DNA from: Candidatus Enterousia sp.
GTDB lineage: Bacteria; Pseudomonadota; Alphaproteobacteria; Rs-D84
Direction of reading: 5' to 3'
Assembly (NCBI GenBank): GCA_045606425.1
Contig: JAZURV010000001.1
Span: forward strand, 6,904-70,903
Length of the DNA: 64,000 nt
The notes beneath the pieces were generated by a model. The model was not told the DNA's origin and did no database searches. It saw only the letters and a list, made by a program, of their open reading frames with translations. Position numbers and translations under genes: made by a program. Shown here piece after piece: positions 17,426 through 27,049 of this stretch. The first letter of the stretch is position 1; each line of letters opens with the position of its first letter.

Positions 17426-19045
17426 TTTTTCCGGTGTTGTTTGTATCGTGTTCAAATGTTTTCTTTTCACAATCTTTTTTACAACCTGGTTGATTGCGTT
17501 TTTAATCTTTTGTGTTTTCGAATTTTGGGAAAGAAATCTTTCTGCTACAGCTTTGAATTTTTCTGGTAATTTAACAGTCGTCAAAGAACGCGGAAATCCC
17601 AAAAAGTTACCTCCTATTTCAGTGACATTTGGTAAATTTAAATATGTTAAATTATCGTTATGTGATAAAAACCCAAATCCGATTTTTTCAACATTTGGCA
17701 AATCCAATGATGTTAATTGTTCGTTTTGCTTTAAAAAATGTTCTCCTATTTCTTTAACTTTTGGTAAACTTAAAGAGGTTAAATCGGCACAATTATAAAG
17801 GAAATACCCGCCAATTGACACAATTTCTGGTAATTTTATTTCTGTTAACGAACAATTGCTAAATAAAAAATAATCGCGTACTTTCCTAAGTTTTGGCATT
17901 TTAACAGATGTTAACACACGATTATTGGGCATAAAATTATAACCTATATATGTAACATTCGGCAGATTTATGGATTTTAACGTTTTGTTTGAACGCAAAA
18001 AACGACCGGAGATTTTTTCTGCGTTCGGTAACTCTATTCGTGTTAAGCAAGTGTTATTTCCCAGGAAATCTTCTCCTATTTCTTTGATATTTGGTAATTC
18101 CAGTTCAACAATTATCCCATCCTTAATCACAACACGATTGCCGTCATTAGTGGTTATAATTATTTTATCTTTTTCTGTGGTTCTGGTTATTGTTTTTCCG
18201 TTAAATGCTTCACAAAAAACATTATAAGTATCATCATGAATTGGTGATATTATCTTTTTTTCTTTTTCATCCAAAATCAGATAATCCATCATCACCTGAT
18301 AAGCTGTATTTATTTTTGTAATTTTATCGCCAGTAAAATAATAGTTAGGTCCAAAATAAACATTGTCTATTTCATAATTGTATTTTACAAATTGATCTTC
18401 AATCAATCGATAGTTATCTGGTATTTCGACAGTCAAAACATTAAATTGTACACCAAAAAACTTTTGTAATGAATTGGTCAAACCAATAATTATATTATCA
18501 GGATTGTTATTAAATGTTGCATCTGGATTGTTAACACTATGATTATAACGGTTTTTTATAGATATTGCGCCGCCTGTTTTTGGAATCTGAATAGATATAA
18601 CCGATGTTCCATATTCGTCTTGGCGTTCTGGGGAAATGGCGGGTTTTATTTTGTCTGCACCCCGTTTTATCGCATGAATTATATAGTAGTCTTTATATCT
18701 AGTTTCATCGTTAAAAGTGCACAATTCTTCGTCGGGTCGAAAATATTTTTTTATTGAATTTTGTTGTTTAAAATTTGTAACGACAAAGGCATCGTATCCT
18801 GCGCGGTCCAGCAATTCTAGTGGGTCCAATTTTGTGTCATATAATGATGCGGATATTATTTTGTATTGTGACCGAAGCGCATGGACTAATTTTTTGATAT
18901 CTTCGGGGTCGTGTCCCGCGAATTCCAGTATATGTTCAATGTTTGGTATATCCAGCAACTGATTATCACGAATTAGCTTTGCAACGGCTTCCCCATTATG
19001 TTTCTTTAAATTTTTAAAGACCGCGTTCGTATCTATTTGTGCCAT
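17423..19045 (-). CDS. Leucine-rich-repeat protein (about nine 23-aa LRRs at the C-terminus; ~320-aa N-terminal domain of unknown function)
   Basis: Repeats of the type LPNxxxIGxxFLxxNxxLTxhxLP (LPNIKEIGEDFLGNNTCLTRIELPNAEKISGRFL...). Confidence 0.7.
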   Translation of the reverse strand: MAQIDTNAVFKNLKKHNGEAVAKLIRDNQLLDIPNIEHILEFAGHDPEDIKKLVHALRSQYKIISASLYDTKLDPLELLDRAGYDAFVVTNFKQQNSIKKYFRPDEELCTFNDETRYKDYYIIHAIKRGADKIKPAISPERQDEYGTSVISIQIPKTGGAISIKNRYNHSVNNPDATFNNNPDNIIIGLTNSLQKFFGVQFNVLTVEIPDNYRLIEDQFVKYNYEIDNVYFGPNYYFTGDKITKINTAYQVMMDYLILDEKEKKIISPIHDDTYNVFCEAFNGKTITRTTEKDKIIITTNDGNRVVIKDGIIVELELPNIKEIGEDFLGNNTCLTRIELPNAEKISGRFLRSNKTLKSINLPNVTYIGYNFMPNNRVLTSVKMPKLRKVRDYFLFSNCSLTEIKLPEIVSIGGYFLYNCADLTSLSLPKVKEIGEHFLKQNEQLTSLDLPNVEKIGFGFLSHNDNLTYLNLPNVTEIGGNFLGFPRSLTTVKLPEKFKAVAERFLSQNSKTQKIKNAINQVVKKIVKRKHLNTIQTTPEK

Positions 19046-19077
19046 GAATAATCCCTTTCCTTGAAATTAAAGAAAAA

Positions 19078-19581
19078 CTAACCCTTCATAAGTCTTGATT
19101 TACTGCGTTCCCATTCGCGTTGTTTGATGGTTTCGCGTTTATCAACTTTGTTTTTACCGTAACCAATACCCAATAATACTTTTAGTTTCCCGCGGTTGTT
19201 AAAATACATTTTTAACGGGACAATGGTTGCGCCTTTTTCCTGTAATTTTCCAATCATTCGATTGATTTGATTGCGGTGTAACAACAATTGGCGTTGACGG
19301 CGTTCGTCAAAATTTACTATACGATTTGCAGTTGGTAATTTCTGAATTTCAACACCTGCTAGAAACAAGTTGTTTCCGCGTCTTTGTACAAAACCATCAG
19401 CGATGGAAACCAGACCATACCGTACAGATTTGATTTCTGCGCCGGTCAATGAAATGCCGGCCTCTATCGTGTCTTCGATAGAGTACGCAAATCGCGCCTT
19501 GCGATTTTCATTCACCATTCCAGATTTTATAATTTGTCGTACCATGTTGACGATTTTATATGATATTTTCCAATTTGCCAA
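19078..19581 (-). CDS. smpB: SsrA-binding protein SmpB
   Basis: NRKARFAYSIEDTIEAGISLTGAEIKS, LLLHRNQI and the C-terminal basic tail. The exact start is uncertain. Confidence 0.85.
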   Translation of the reverse strand: MANWKISYKIVNMVRQIIKSGMVNENRKARFAYSIEDTIEAGISLTGAEIKSVRYGLVSIADGFVQRRGNNLFLAGVEIQKLPTANRIVNFDERRQRQLLLHRNQINRMIGKLQEKGATIVPLKMYFNNRGKLKVLLGIGYGKNKVDKRETIKQREWERSKSRLMKG

Positions 19582-19590
19582 GGTTTTTTA

Positions 19591-19619
19591 TTGAAAATGC
19601 GCAATCTTGTTGCTATAAT
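19591..19619 (+). promoter_or_regulatory. Strong sigma-70-like promoter (TTGAAA-17-TATAAT)
   Basis: Hexamers read directly. It is divergent from smpB. Confidence 0.55.
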
Positions 19620-19625
19620 TTCATA

Positions 19626-19800
19626 TTGAAAGGAACGGTTGTTCCTTTTTGGGTCAAACAACCCATATCGTACGTGTCAGAGATGACATAAAATATCCCA
19701 ACCACTCTGGTTGGGGATCCGTGAATATATTGAATAAACGGAGCAATACGTATGAATTGTTGTTTGTCCCCAACCGCTTTTTTCTCCGCGGTTGTTTTTT
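19626..19800 (+). ncRNA. Candidate ~175-nt structured RNA or cis-regulatory leader, class unassigned
   Basis: It lies between the promoter above and a terminator (CAACCGC-N10-GCGGTTG plus T6). A long-range stem GGGTCAAACAAC/GTTGTTTGTCCC and the internal hairpins AAAGGAAC/GTTCCTTT and CCCAACC/GGTTGGG are visible. Confidence 0.35.
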
Positions 19801-19831
19801 ATTAAAAAAAGTGCAAAAAGGTGGTGATAAA

Positions 19832-20137
19832 ATGCAGTTTTCGAATATTTCAGAATTGGAATTGGCAAATATATTTGTCCATGCAAAGAAAGAAAAAATA
19901 GAAAAACTGTTGGGTGTCAAAAATTTGAACACCCATATCGCCACCGAAATGGTTTATCGTTTTTTAAGGAAACAATCACCAGATTTCTGGAACGATTATC
20001 AAAACAAATATACTGCGTTATTTGACGAAGTATTCTTTTATATGATTGTGGACGAATTACAAACGCGACAAAATTGTGGTAAAAAATTAGATAGCAATTT
20101 TCGATTTGTTGAACCAAATATCGCCTATGTTTCATAA
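19832..20137 (+). CDS. Hypothetical protein (101 aa)
   Basis: The ATG is preceded by aaaaaggtggtg. The longer ORF-track start would run through the terminator. Confidence 0.45.
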   Translation: MQFSNISELELANIFVHAKKEKIEKLLGVKNLNTHIATEMVYRFLRKQSPDFWNDYQNKYTALFDEVFFYMIVDELQTRQNCGKKLDSNFRFVEPNIAYVS

Positions 20138-20884
20138 TTTTATTCGCGGATAAAGTTTTTTAGTGTTTTCCAACAAAATATTTTCCAAATATTCAATTCG
20201 CAGATTTTTGATTTGTGCCAAAACCCGTGCGGTTTCAATCATCATCGATGGTTCGCAAGTTTTGCCGCGGTATGGTATCGGTGCGCAATAGGGTGCATCC
20301 GTTTCAATCACAATGCGGTCAATTGGAATTTTAGCAAATGTTTCGCGCACAGATTCGCTGTTTTTAAAAGTTAAAATACCACTGGCAGAAAAATAAAAAC
20401 CGCGGTCCAACATTACCCTGGCTAAATCCCAAGAAGATGTAAAACAATGCATAACGCCATGATTTTTGTCGGTTAAAATTGCGGCAGTATCATCTTCTGC
20501 TTCGCGTGTATGTATTGCGACCGGTAAATTGTGCGCCTGTGCGATTCCCAGTTGTTTTTCAAATAATTCGATTTGGGCGTCGCGTGTCTGTGGTTCATAG
20601 TGGTAATCCAGTCCGATTTCGCCCACACCGATAACCAACGGATTGTCTAATATTGCATCTGTTAAATATTCGTATGGGTCTGTGCCGGCGTAATCAGGGT
20701 GAATCCCAGTCGTCACAAAAATATTTTCATGATTTTGTGCGATGTTCAATGCAGATTTTATATCCTTTGGGTCTGCAGTTGCGCAAACCATCGCACCAAT
20801 ACCAGAATTTTTTGCGCGTTCAACAACGGCGTCAACGCCACCGTCGTATTCGTCCGTTAAATGGCAGTGTGTGTCTATAAACAT
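20132..20884 (-). CDS. tatD: TatD-family metal-dependent hydrolase
   Basis: MFIDTHCHL, GEIGLDY, AIHTREA and ETDAPY motifs. Confidence 0.85.
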   Translation of the reverse strand: MFIDTHCHLTDEYDGGVDAVVERAKNSGIGAMVCATADPKDIKSALNIAQNHENIFVTTGIHPDYAGTDPYEYLTDAILDNPLVIGVGEIGLDYHYEPQTRDAQIELFEKQLGIAQAHNLPVAIHTREAEDDTAAILTDKNHGVMHCFTSSWDLARVMLDRGFYFSASGILTFKNSESVRETFAKIPIDRIVIETDAPYCAPIPYRGKTCEPSMMIETARVLAQIKNLRIEYLENILLENTKKLYPRIKL

Positions 20885-21777
20885 TTTTTGATATCGTTGA
20901 TTATTTTGAATATTGTTATATCTGGTTTCAGATTCAATTTGTTTATATCGGCTATCGCACGGTTTGCATCGGGATAAATGTCTGCCAATCCCAAATATGC
21001 AATCGCGTCCAACACAATCCCGTAAAGGGCAGGCGAAATGGCTATGTTTTCTGCAACAGCCATCATATCGCTGGCGTTAGAGTGTTTGTCTTGCAGAACA
21101 TTTAATAAATTTTCGTAAATGATATCGCCACCGGTTGCTTTCAAATTTGCGATTTTACCGAAACTGCCGTTTGATAATTTCAGAATATCTGTGCTTATTT
21201 CTTCATCGCACATAAAACGCACACACAATTCGCGCAATTCAGACATTGTCAACGGGTGCATTTTTTCAACACGTGCGCGTGAACGCACAGTTGGTAATAC
21301 TGCAGACAACTGGTGGGTCACCAATAAAAACAAAGTCTGTTGTGGTGGTTCTTCTAATAATTTCAATATGGCGTTTTCTGCTGCCACAGATAATTCATCA
21401 ACTGCGTCAATTAAAACAACACGCCATTGACCGGACATAGATGACATTTGCATACGGTCAATCATGTGCCGCACAGTGTTGACCGATATCTGTTTTGCAT
21501 CGGATTTAATGTTGCCTTTGTCGTCCAGATTATGCGCCAAATCGATAATAAAGAAATCGCCGACATTTCCGTAAACCTGTTTCGCGATTTTATACGCCAG
21601 TGTTGCTTTCCCGATACCGCGTGGACCGCATAACATCCACACAGGATGAATCGGGTGTGTTTCGCGATTGTCCCATGCGTCCATAAACGTCTTTAATGTG
21701 TCTTGGTGTCCAACCAAGCAATCATTATCCATTGGGTTGGGAAAATCGAACAAGACTTCCTTTTTGCGTGCTGCCAT
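20875..21777 (-). CDS. holB: DNA polymerase III delta' subunit
   Basis: HPVWMLCGPRGIGKATLAYKIAKQV, LLKLLEEPP and SRA(R) sensor motifs. Confidence 0.75.
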   Translation of the reverse strand: MAARKKEVLFDFPNPMDNDCLVGHQDTLKTFMDAWDNRETHPIHPVWMLCGPRGIGKATLAYKIAKQVYGNVGDFFIIDLAHNLDDKGNIKSDAKQISVNTVRHMIDRMQMSSMSGQWRVVLIDAVDELSVAAENAILKLLEEPPQQTLFLLVTHQLSAVLPTVRSRARVEKMHPLTMSELRELCVRFMCDEEISTDILKLSNGSFGKIANLKATGGDIIYENLLNVLQDKHSNASDMMAVAENIAISPALYGIVLDAIAYLGLADIYPDANRAIADINKLNLKPDITIFKIINDIKKCL

Positions 21778-21778
21778 A

Positions 21779-22957
21779 TTATTTGCCCCCCAACGCCACG
21801 GATATATTTTTAATCAAACGACCAAAGAACAATATTTTACGAACTTTGTTTTTTGCAACCAACGGAATGCGTTTTATGACATCGCCATTTTTTTCGATAA
21901 CAACTTCGCCGATTTTCTGCCCAGCGCGTACAGGGGCACTGATTGGTTCGTTATAACGCGCCAAAACACGAATGTTTTTTAATGATTCTTCGCGGGGCAA
22001 AGTAATCGCGACATTTTCATCAACTGTGGCTTCGACTGTTTGTTTTACACCATACCACACAGGAACCGAAACCAACACATCGCTCGGTTTATAGAATACT
22101 TTTGTTTGGGTGTTTTTATAACCATGGTTTAACAATTTTTTCATTTCTTCGGCCAATGCGTCATGCCCGCGCCCACGAAAACCGTTTATAACACCAATCA
22201 GCCGCCGTCCCCCGACCCGTGCACTGGCAACCATTCCGTACCCACCGTCATCAGTGTGTCCTGTTTTTAATCCGTCAGCACCAGGCATTGAAAATAATAA
22301 TTTGTTATAATTCAGTGTATGTGTGCGTGTCCATTCTCCGCACCATTCGGTTTTTGAATCGCCAAATTCAAATCGTTTTGTTGCAAACATTGGATATATA
22401 TCAGGATATTCATCTATAATATATTTTGCCAATATTCCCAATTCTTTCGATGTCATTAAATTGTTTTCGTGGGGCAGGCCACTGGCATTGCCGAATGTAG
22501 ATTTTTCCATACCGATTTCGCGTGCTTTTTTAGTCATTAAATCTGTAAATTTAGATTCGTCACCGGCAAAATGTTCTGCCACAACCACAGATGCGTCACC
22601 TGCAGATAATACGATTATACCCAAAATTGCATCGCGCACAGTGATTTTCTGTCCGTTTACCAGGCACAATTTGCTGGCGGGATACCACAATGGGTTTTTA
22701 TAATCTGCGTTTTCAGATGCAGTCAGTAAATCGTCCATATTCAATTTCCCAGATTTTATCGCGTCAAATAAAACGGTCAGTGTCATCAGTTTCAACATGG
22801 ACGAAGGCGCCATCAGGTTATCTGCATTTTTAGATACAATTTCCATGCCGCTGTCGTAATCCAATAAATAGGCAGATTTAGCGTTTGTCTGAAATTCTGT
22901 GGCATTTGTTGCGCCACAAATCAAACACGATAATAAAATCAGGAACTTTTTAATCAT
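21779..22957 (-). CDS. D-alanyl-D-alanine carboxypeptidase (PBP5/6 family, S11)
   Basis: Signal peptide, SxxK (PSSMLKLMT), KTGHT and a C-terminal PBP5_C-like domain. Confidence 0.8.
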   Translation of the reverse strand: MIKKFLILLSCLICGATNATEFQTNAKSAYLLDYDSGMEIVSKNADNLMAPSSMLKLMTLTVLFDAIKSGKLNMDDLLTASENADYKNPLWYPASKLCLVNGQKITVRDAILGIIVLSAGDASVVVAEHFAGDESKFTDLMTKKAREIGMEKSTFGNASGLPHENNLMTSKELGILAKYIIDEYPDIYPMFATKRFEFGDSKTEWCGEWTRTHTLNYNKLLFSMPGADGLKTGHTDDGGYGMVASARVGGRRLIGVINGFRGRGHDALAEEMKKLLNHGYKNTQTKVFYKPSDVLVSVPVWYGVKQTVEATVDENVAITLPREESLKNIRVLARYNEPISAPVRAGQKIGEVVIEKNGDVIKRIPLVAKNKVRKILFFGRLIKNISVALGGK

Positions 22958-23056
22958 AATGCCAAAATCATAGCAATAATAATGTCCTTTTCCAACAATT
23001 TTTTATAAAAAAATACGCGGTGTTAAAAACCGCGTATTTACAACGAAAAAAGACAA

Positions 23057-23647
23057 CTAGCGTGTTTTTTGATTTTCGGTTGGTAAAACAAAGGCGGCAC
23101 CTTCGTTCTTTACACACAATAACACTTTTTGCAAAAATTCTGGATTTTTTTCCGCATGTTTTTTGATAACTGCCAAAATACCCTTTTCTGCATGTTTTTT
23201 GACTTCTTCTAAATCAATATTGTGGATGTCGTCCATGATTTTCAAAATTTGATTTTGTTCTTCTTTGCTTAAATCGTTGCAAATGATGGCAGCAATTTTC
23301 TGTAATTGTTTTGGGTCATTCAAAACAGGTCTGAATGTTTTCAATTCAGGATAACGCGAAAACACATTTTGCAGATATTTTTGTGTCAAAGAATTTACTT
23401 TTTTATTGACTGTTTTTGGAAAATATACAGTGCAAAAACCAGCCATCAGCGCAGACACAACAATAACCAACATGCAAAGTGTGTGTGTAAAATAGCCGTT
23501 TTCAACAATTTGTTTGTTCTGGTGATTTTCTTGTACTAATTTTGCTTCTTTGATGGCGTAATTTGCTGCAATACCACCCAATCCCAGAAACATGACGCCC
23601 CCGGCATAAGATGTTGCCAAATATTTGTTTAATAATTTATTTTTCAT
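23057..23647 (-). CDS. Hypothetical two-TM membrane protein, tandem paralog A
   Basis: Shares architecture and motifs with 23662-24279 (KYLQNVFSRYPELKTF versus KYIKQFMTKHPDLKIF). Confidence 0.5.
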   Translation of the reverse strand: MKNKLLNKYLATSYAGGVMFLGLGGIAANYAIKEAKLVQENHQNKQIVENGYFTHTLCMLVIVVSALMAGFCTVYFPKTVNKKVNSLTQKYLQNVFSRYPELKTFRPVLNDPKQLQKIAAIICNDLSKEEQNQILKIMDDIHNIDLEEVKKHAEKGILAVIKKHAEKNPEFLQKVLLCVKNEGAAFVLPTENQKTR

Positions 23648-23661
23648 TTTTTATCCTTTTT

Positions 23662-24279
23662 TTATCTAGTGTGTTGTTGAATTGTATTTTGTGGCACATA
23701 AATCATATCCGCATGCGCAATAACAGAATATAAATTGCCGGCGAATTCTGGGTGCAGCGCAACATGGTTGTTTATGATTTTCAAAATCTGTTTTTGTGCG
23801 ATGGAAATTTGCTTTGTTGTAATGCTGTGAATTGCCGCATCGTGCAAATCGTATTTTTCATACACGCGTAATTTTCTTTGCAGATTGTGCACAATATTTA
23901 AAACCTGCTTTTGTTCAGATTCGCGCAGGCTGGTTGCCAAAAATTTTGCTACATCGTTCATGGCTTTTTTGTTATAAAGCACTTTTTCAAAAATTTTTAA
24001 ATCGGGGTGCTTCGTCATAAATTGCTTTATGTATTTGCTGGTGATACGGTCAGAAAACTTTTTGCTGTTGTTATATACGGCCACGCCCCATATCGCCCAT
24101 ATAATCATTGTTACAGACGCTATGGCCAACAATGCGATGTTGCTGGGGCTGACTTTTTCTGATTTTATGTCATGGGCCGCTTCATATGATAAAGGTACCC
24201 CAAACAGAAAAACAACAGCAATCAGTGCCGGCATGGTTTTTTGTAAAACAAATGTATTCAAAATTTTGTTCGATTGCAT
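23662..24279 (-). CDS. Hypothetical two-TM membrane protein, tandem paralog B
   Basis: Paralogous to 23057-23647. Confidence 0.5.
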   Translation of the reverse strand: MQSNKILNTFVLQKTMPALIAVVFLFGVPLSYEAAHDIKSEKVSPSNIALLAIASVTMIIWAIWGVAVYNNSKKFSDRITSKYIKQFMTKHPDLKIFEKVLYNKKAMNDVAKFLATSLRESEQKQVLNIVHNLQRKLRVYEKYDLHDAAIHSITTKQISIAQKQILKIINNHVALHPEFAGNLYSVIAHADMIYVPQNTIQQHTR

Positions 24280-24372
24280 ATATGCATCCTTTTATTATCG
24301 GAAAGATTTTAGACTAATAAAAACATTTGTCAAGCGTTATTTGCTGTGTCATAAAATGATTTATTGTCAAAC

Positions 24373-24466
24373 CATGCAACTTTGTTGCTCTGACCCATCC
24401 CTTCATCCCGCCCGTTAAAACCAAAAACCCACCAAAAGGCGGGTTTTAAAGTTTTAATCTGGCGGA
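24373..24466 (-). repeat. Direct-repeat copy R1a: a copy of the ~90 bp flanking the 3' end of tRNA-Ser, including the first 7 nt of the tRNA 3' end
   Basis: catgcaactttgttgctctgacccatcccttcatcccgcc...aaaaggcgggttttaaagttttaatctggcgga differs at only a few positions from 38828-38923. Confidence 0.85.
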
Positions 24467-24495
24467 CCAAAATTCTGTTGCACAAATTTCCATAC

Positions 24496-25101
24496 CTAAA
24501 TATGCGAATTTTGCTGGATGATGCTTTGCAATACAAAACCATATTTTACGACAGGTGTTTCATTAGACGCAGCCAGAAAATCGTTTTTTGTAATATCGAT
24601 ATCTGTTGATTTATCGGCTGTAATTTTTATTGCATGTACAGAAGTATATTTATCCATTAATAAATCAAGACAATCTTTTGCATTTATACGAACCAATCCG
24701 GCAACTTCGTCAGGTTGAAAATGGAAATCTGTAAATCCGGTCGGTAATTTATTTGCATAAATATGCGCAAATGCACGATCATGCCAATTTTTTTGTGGTT
24801 TGTCTTGCCGCCAAAATACGATATCTAATGCGACAGCATTTGATGCATCGGTGTTAATACCGATTTCTTCGAATATTTCGCGACGGAAAGCATCGCGCAC
24901 TGTTTCCCCCGCCAATACATGCCCAGATGCGGTAGTATATAGCTTACCAGAATCTGCACGAATTTGAAAATATATATTCCCATCATCGTCATACATCCAA
25001 CAATGTACGGTCTTATGCCATAATCCGTTGCGATGAACAGTATCACGAGATTCTGTTCCGATTTTATTCATGTATTCATCATAAATATCAAGATATTCCA
25101 T
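24496..25101 (-). CDS. NUDIX hydrolase
   Basis: Canonical Nudix box GHVLAGETVRDAFRREIFEEIG. Confidence 0.8.
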   Translation of the reverse strand: MEYLDIYDEYMNKIGTESRDTVHRNGLWHKTVHCWMYDDDGNIYFQIRADSGKLYTTASGHVLAGETVRDAFRREIFEEIGINTDASNAVALDIVFWRQDKPQKNWHDRAFAHIYANKLPTGFTDFHFQPDEVAGLVRINAKDCLDLLMDKYTSVHAIKITADKSTDIDITKNDFLAASNETPVVKYGFVLQSIIQQNSHI

Positions 25102-25183
25102 AAAATCTCCTTTGCCTGGTATATGATAATAAAACAGAAAGAAAAATGAAATAAAAAAACACCCTTGGCAATTTTTTTTAAAT

Positions 25184-25222
25184 TTTAATCTGGCGGGTCA
25201 GAAGATATTCGAAAGGTCGGAT
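25184..25222 (-). repeat. Degenerate junction copy: ttttaatctggcgg followed by a tRNA-3'-end-like T-loop fragment
   Basis: The reverse complement cgacctTTCGAATatCTTCtgacccGCCA parallels the tRNA-Ser 3' end caagggTTCGAATccCTTCatctccGCCA. It lies where the AT-rich cluster begins. Confidence 0.45.
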
Positions 25223-25438
25223 TTTTTTGCCACGTGTGCGAATTTCTTCTTTTTATACAAAGTGTATTGCCATGATATTTTTTAACCCCACAAAAGCCAA
25301 AATTTCGAATGTTTCCAGGGATTGTTTTTATAAAAAATATGTTGTACAAATATTGGTGTCTTATAAAAACGTGCATATCGTTTGGCATATAAACAAGAAC
25401 GTCGAAAAGGTAGAATATAGAGCAGTTTTGTTACCGGA

Positions 25439-26281
25439 TTAACAAGATGGTAAAAACAACCAATTATATTCTGGAAATGTTATAGGTTTATCGTATCCCA
25501 AATCACGCAATATTTGTATAACTTCTTCTGCATGACAGGGCAAGTAGTCGTGACAATATGCAGGAAAACTTTCTATGAAGATAGCGGGTTTGTATTTTTT
25601 TATCGTATTTATCATTCCTTTCAAAACTTCCGTTTCAAAGCCCTCAACATCTATTTTAACGAAATCTATCTTTTTCAAATTTAATTTAAAGCTATCCAAA
25701 GATACTATTTTAAAACTAAATTTATTTTTTGTGTTCGATGTTTTTATACTTGTTCCGCCAATATTATCAGATGCCATAAAATCAATTTCTCCGTTCCCGC
25801 AATCGTGCCCCAGACCGACATTATATGTGGTCACAATTTTATCAAGATTATTTATTTTAATGTTGTTTCTCAGCATTCTGAAAGTTTCCTGAACCGGTTC
25901 AAAAGCAATTACACGCTTTGCACCGCCGATTGTTGCAAAAAACACCGAATGATTACCGATATTTGCGCCGATGTCCAATATGGTGGCGTTTTTTGGTAAA
26001 TATTTCAACAGAGTGTAAAGGATGTCTTGCTCAAAAAATTTAGATGTGTTCACGATAGTGCGTTGTATTACGTCCCACGGATACAAAGGGCAATACATTT
26101 TTACAGAATTTGGCATCGTAAAAACATCACCGTTTTGTATCAAAGACATTTTTCTGCAAATCGTATCCGTATCAGAAAAGACAGGAATATATTTTGGTAA
26201 TATACTGTGCTTCCGTTGGAATTTGCGGCGTTTGTCTTTTGATATAATAAAAAAAGATATTGTTTTCAGTATGCCTTTCAT
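25439..26281 (-). CDS. FkbM-family methyltransferase
   Basis: ILDIGANIGNHSVFFA...AFEP...IDFVKIDVEGFE motifs. Confidence 0.75.
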   Translation of the reverse strand: MKGILKTISFFIISKDKRRKFQRKHSILPKYIPVFSDTDTICRKMSLIQNGDVFTMPNSVKMYCPLYPWDVIQRTIVNTSKFFEQDILYTLLKYLPKNATILDIGANIGNHSVFFATIGGAKRVIAFEPVQETFRMLRNNIKINNLDKIVTTYNVGLGHDCGNGEIDFMASDNIGGTSIKTSNTKNKFSFKIVSLDSFKLNLKKIDFVKIDVEGFETEVLKGMINTIKKYKPAIFIESFPAYCHDYLPCHAEEVIQILRDLGYDKPITFPEYNWLFLPSC

Positions 26282-26299
26282 GGTGTCTCCATATTGTGT

Positions 26300-26953
26300 T
26301 TAATATATTTCTATTTTTTTATCCCAATCAATGTCGTGCTTTACAATTTTTGCAGGATTTCCCGCAACAACTGTATTTGTTTCATAGAATGCCTTTGATA
26401 CAACAGCAGAATTTGCGACAACCGAGTTGTTTGGAATTTTTGCCCGTTTTGTCAAGATGGCATTTGCGCCAATCCAACAATGATCGCCGATGGTCAAAGA
26501 ATCCCGTGGAATATTTATAACCTGTTTTGTTTTTTTATCAATCAGCGCATGAAAATCAGACGCCCATATTTGAACGCCACTTGAAATCAAACATTCTTTG
26601 CCAATATTACATTTTGCACCGGAGGATATATAGATGTGTATTTCTTGGATATATGTGTTGTCATCAATACAAAGATAATTACCGTTTCCACGTTCCATCA
26701 ATATATCTGTATCGTTAAACATACAATTTTTGCCCAATTTTATAACATTATCATCGGATAATATCGTGATGTTTATATTTGCGGGGTTTAACGGAAGCCC
26801 CACATAAATTCTGTTATTATTCCCATGTATTTTGATTTTTCCCAATTTGCGAATTTCTTGGCGGCCCAACTTAAAAAGTTTGTCGTCTACAACAGCAGCG
26901 ATAATGTTGTTTTTACCATTGATATCAAATTTATTAAAACCGAATATTGACAT
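26300..26953 (-). CDS. Hexapeptide-repeat (LbH) acetyltransferase
   Basis: IGDHCWIGANAILTKRAKIPNNSVVANSAVVSK...VVAGNPAKIV. Confidence 0.75.
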   Translation of the reverse strand: MSIFGFNKFDINGKNNIIAAVVDDKLFKLGRQEIRKLGKIKIHGNNNRIYVGLPLNPANINITILSDDNVIKLGKNCMFNDTDILMERGNGNYLCIDDNTYIQEIHIYISSGAKCNIGKECLISSGVQIWASDFHALIDKKTKQVINIPRDSLTIGDHCWIGANAILTKRAKIPNNSVVANSAVVSKAFYETNTVVAGNPAKIVKHDIDWDKKIEIY

Positions 26954-27049
26954 ATTGTATTGTATTGTAATTTATGGTGTCGGTTTTTCAAGCTTTTTCT
27001 TGATATTTGATACTTTGTGTACAATCATAATAAAAAAAGAGGTTTTGCA

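Noticed and set aside
17415-17798. 127-aa plus-strand ORF
   Set aside because: It is antisense to the LRR-repeat region, and the periodic repeats keep the frame open artificially.
24330-24542. ORFs 24330-24542 (-) and 38793-39080 (-), which share ...GFNGRDEGMGQSNKVA
   Set aside because: Their similarity reflects only the duplicated non-coding R1 repeat (the tRNA-Ser 3' flank). The second one also runs through the tRNA gene.
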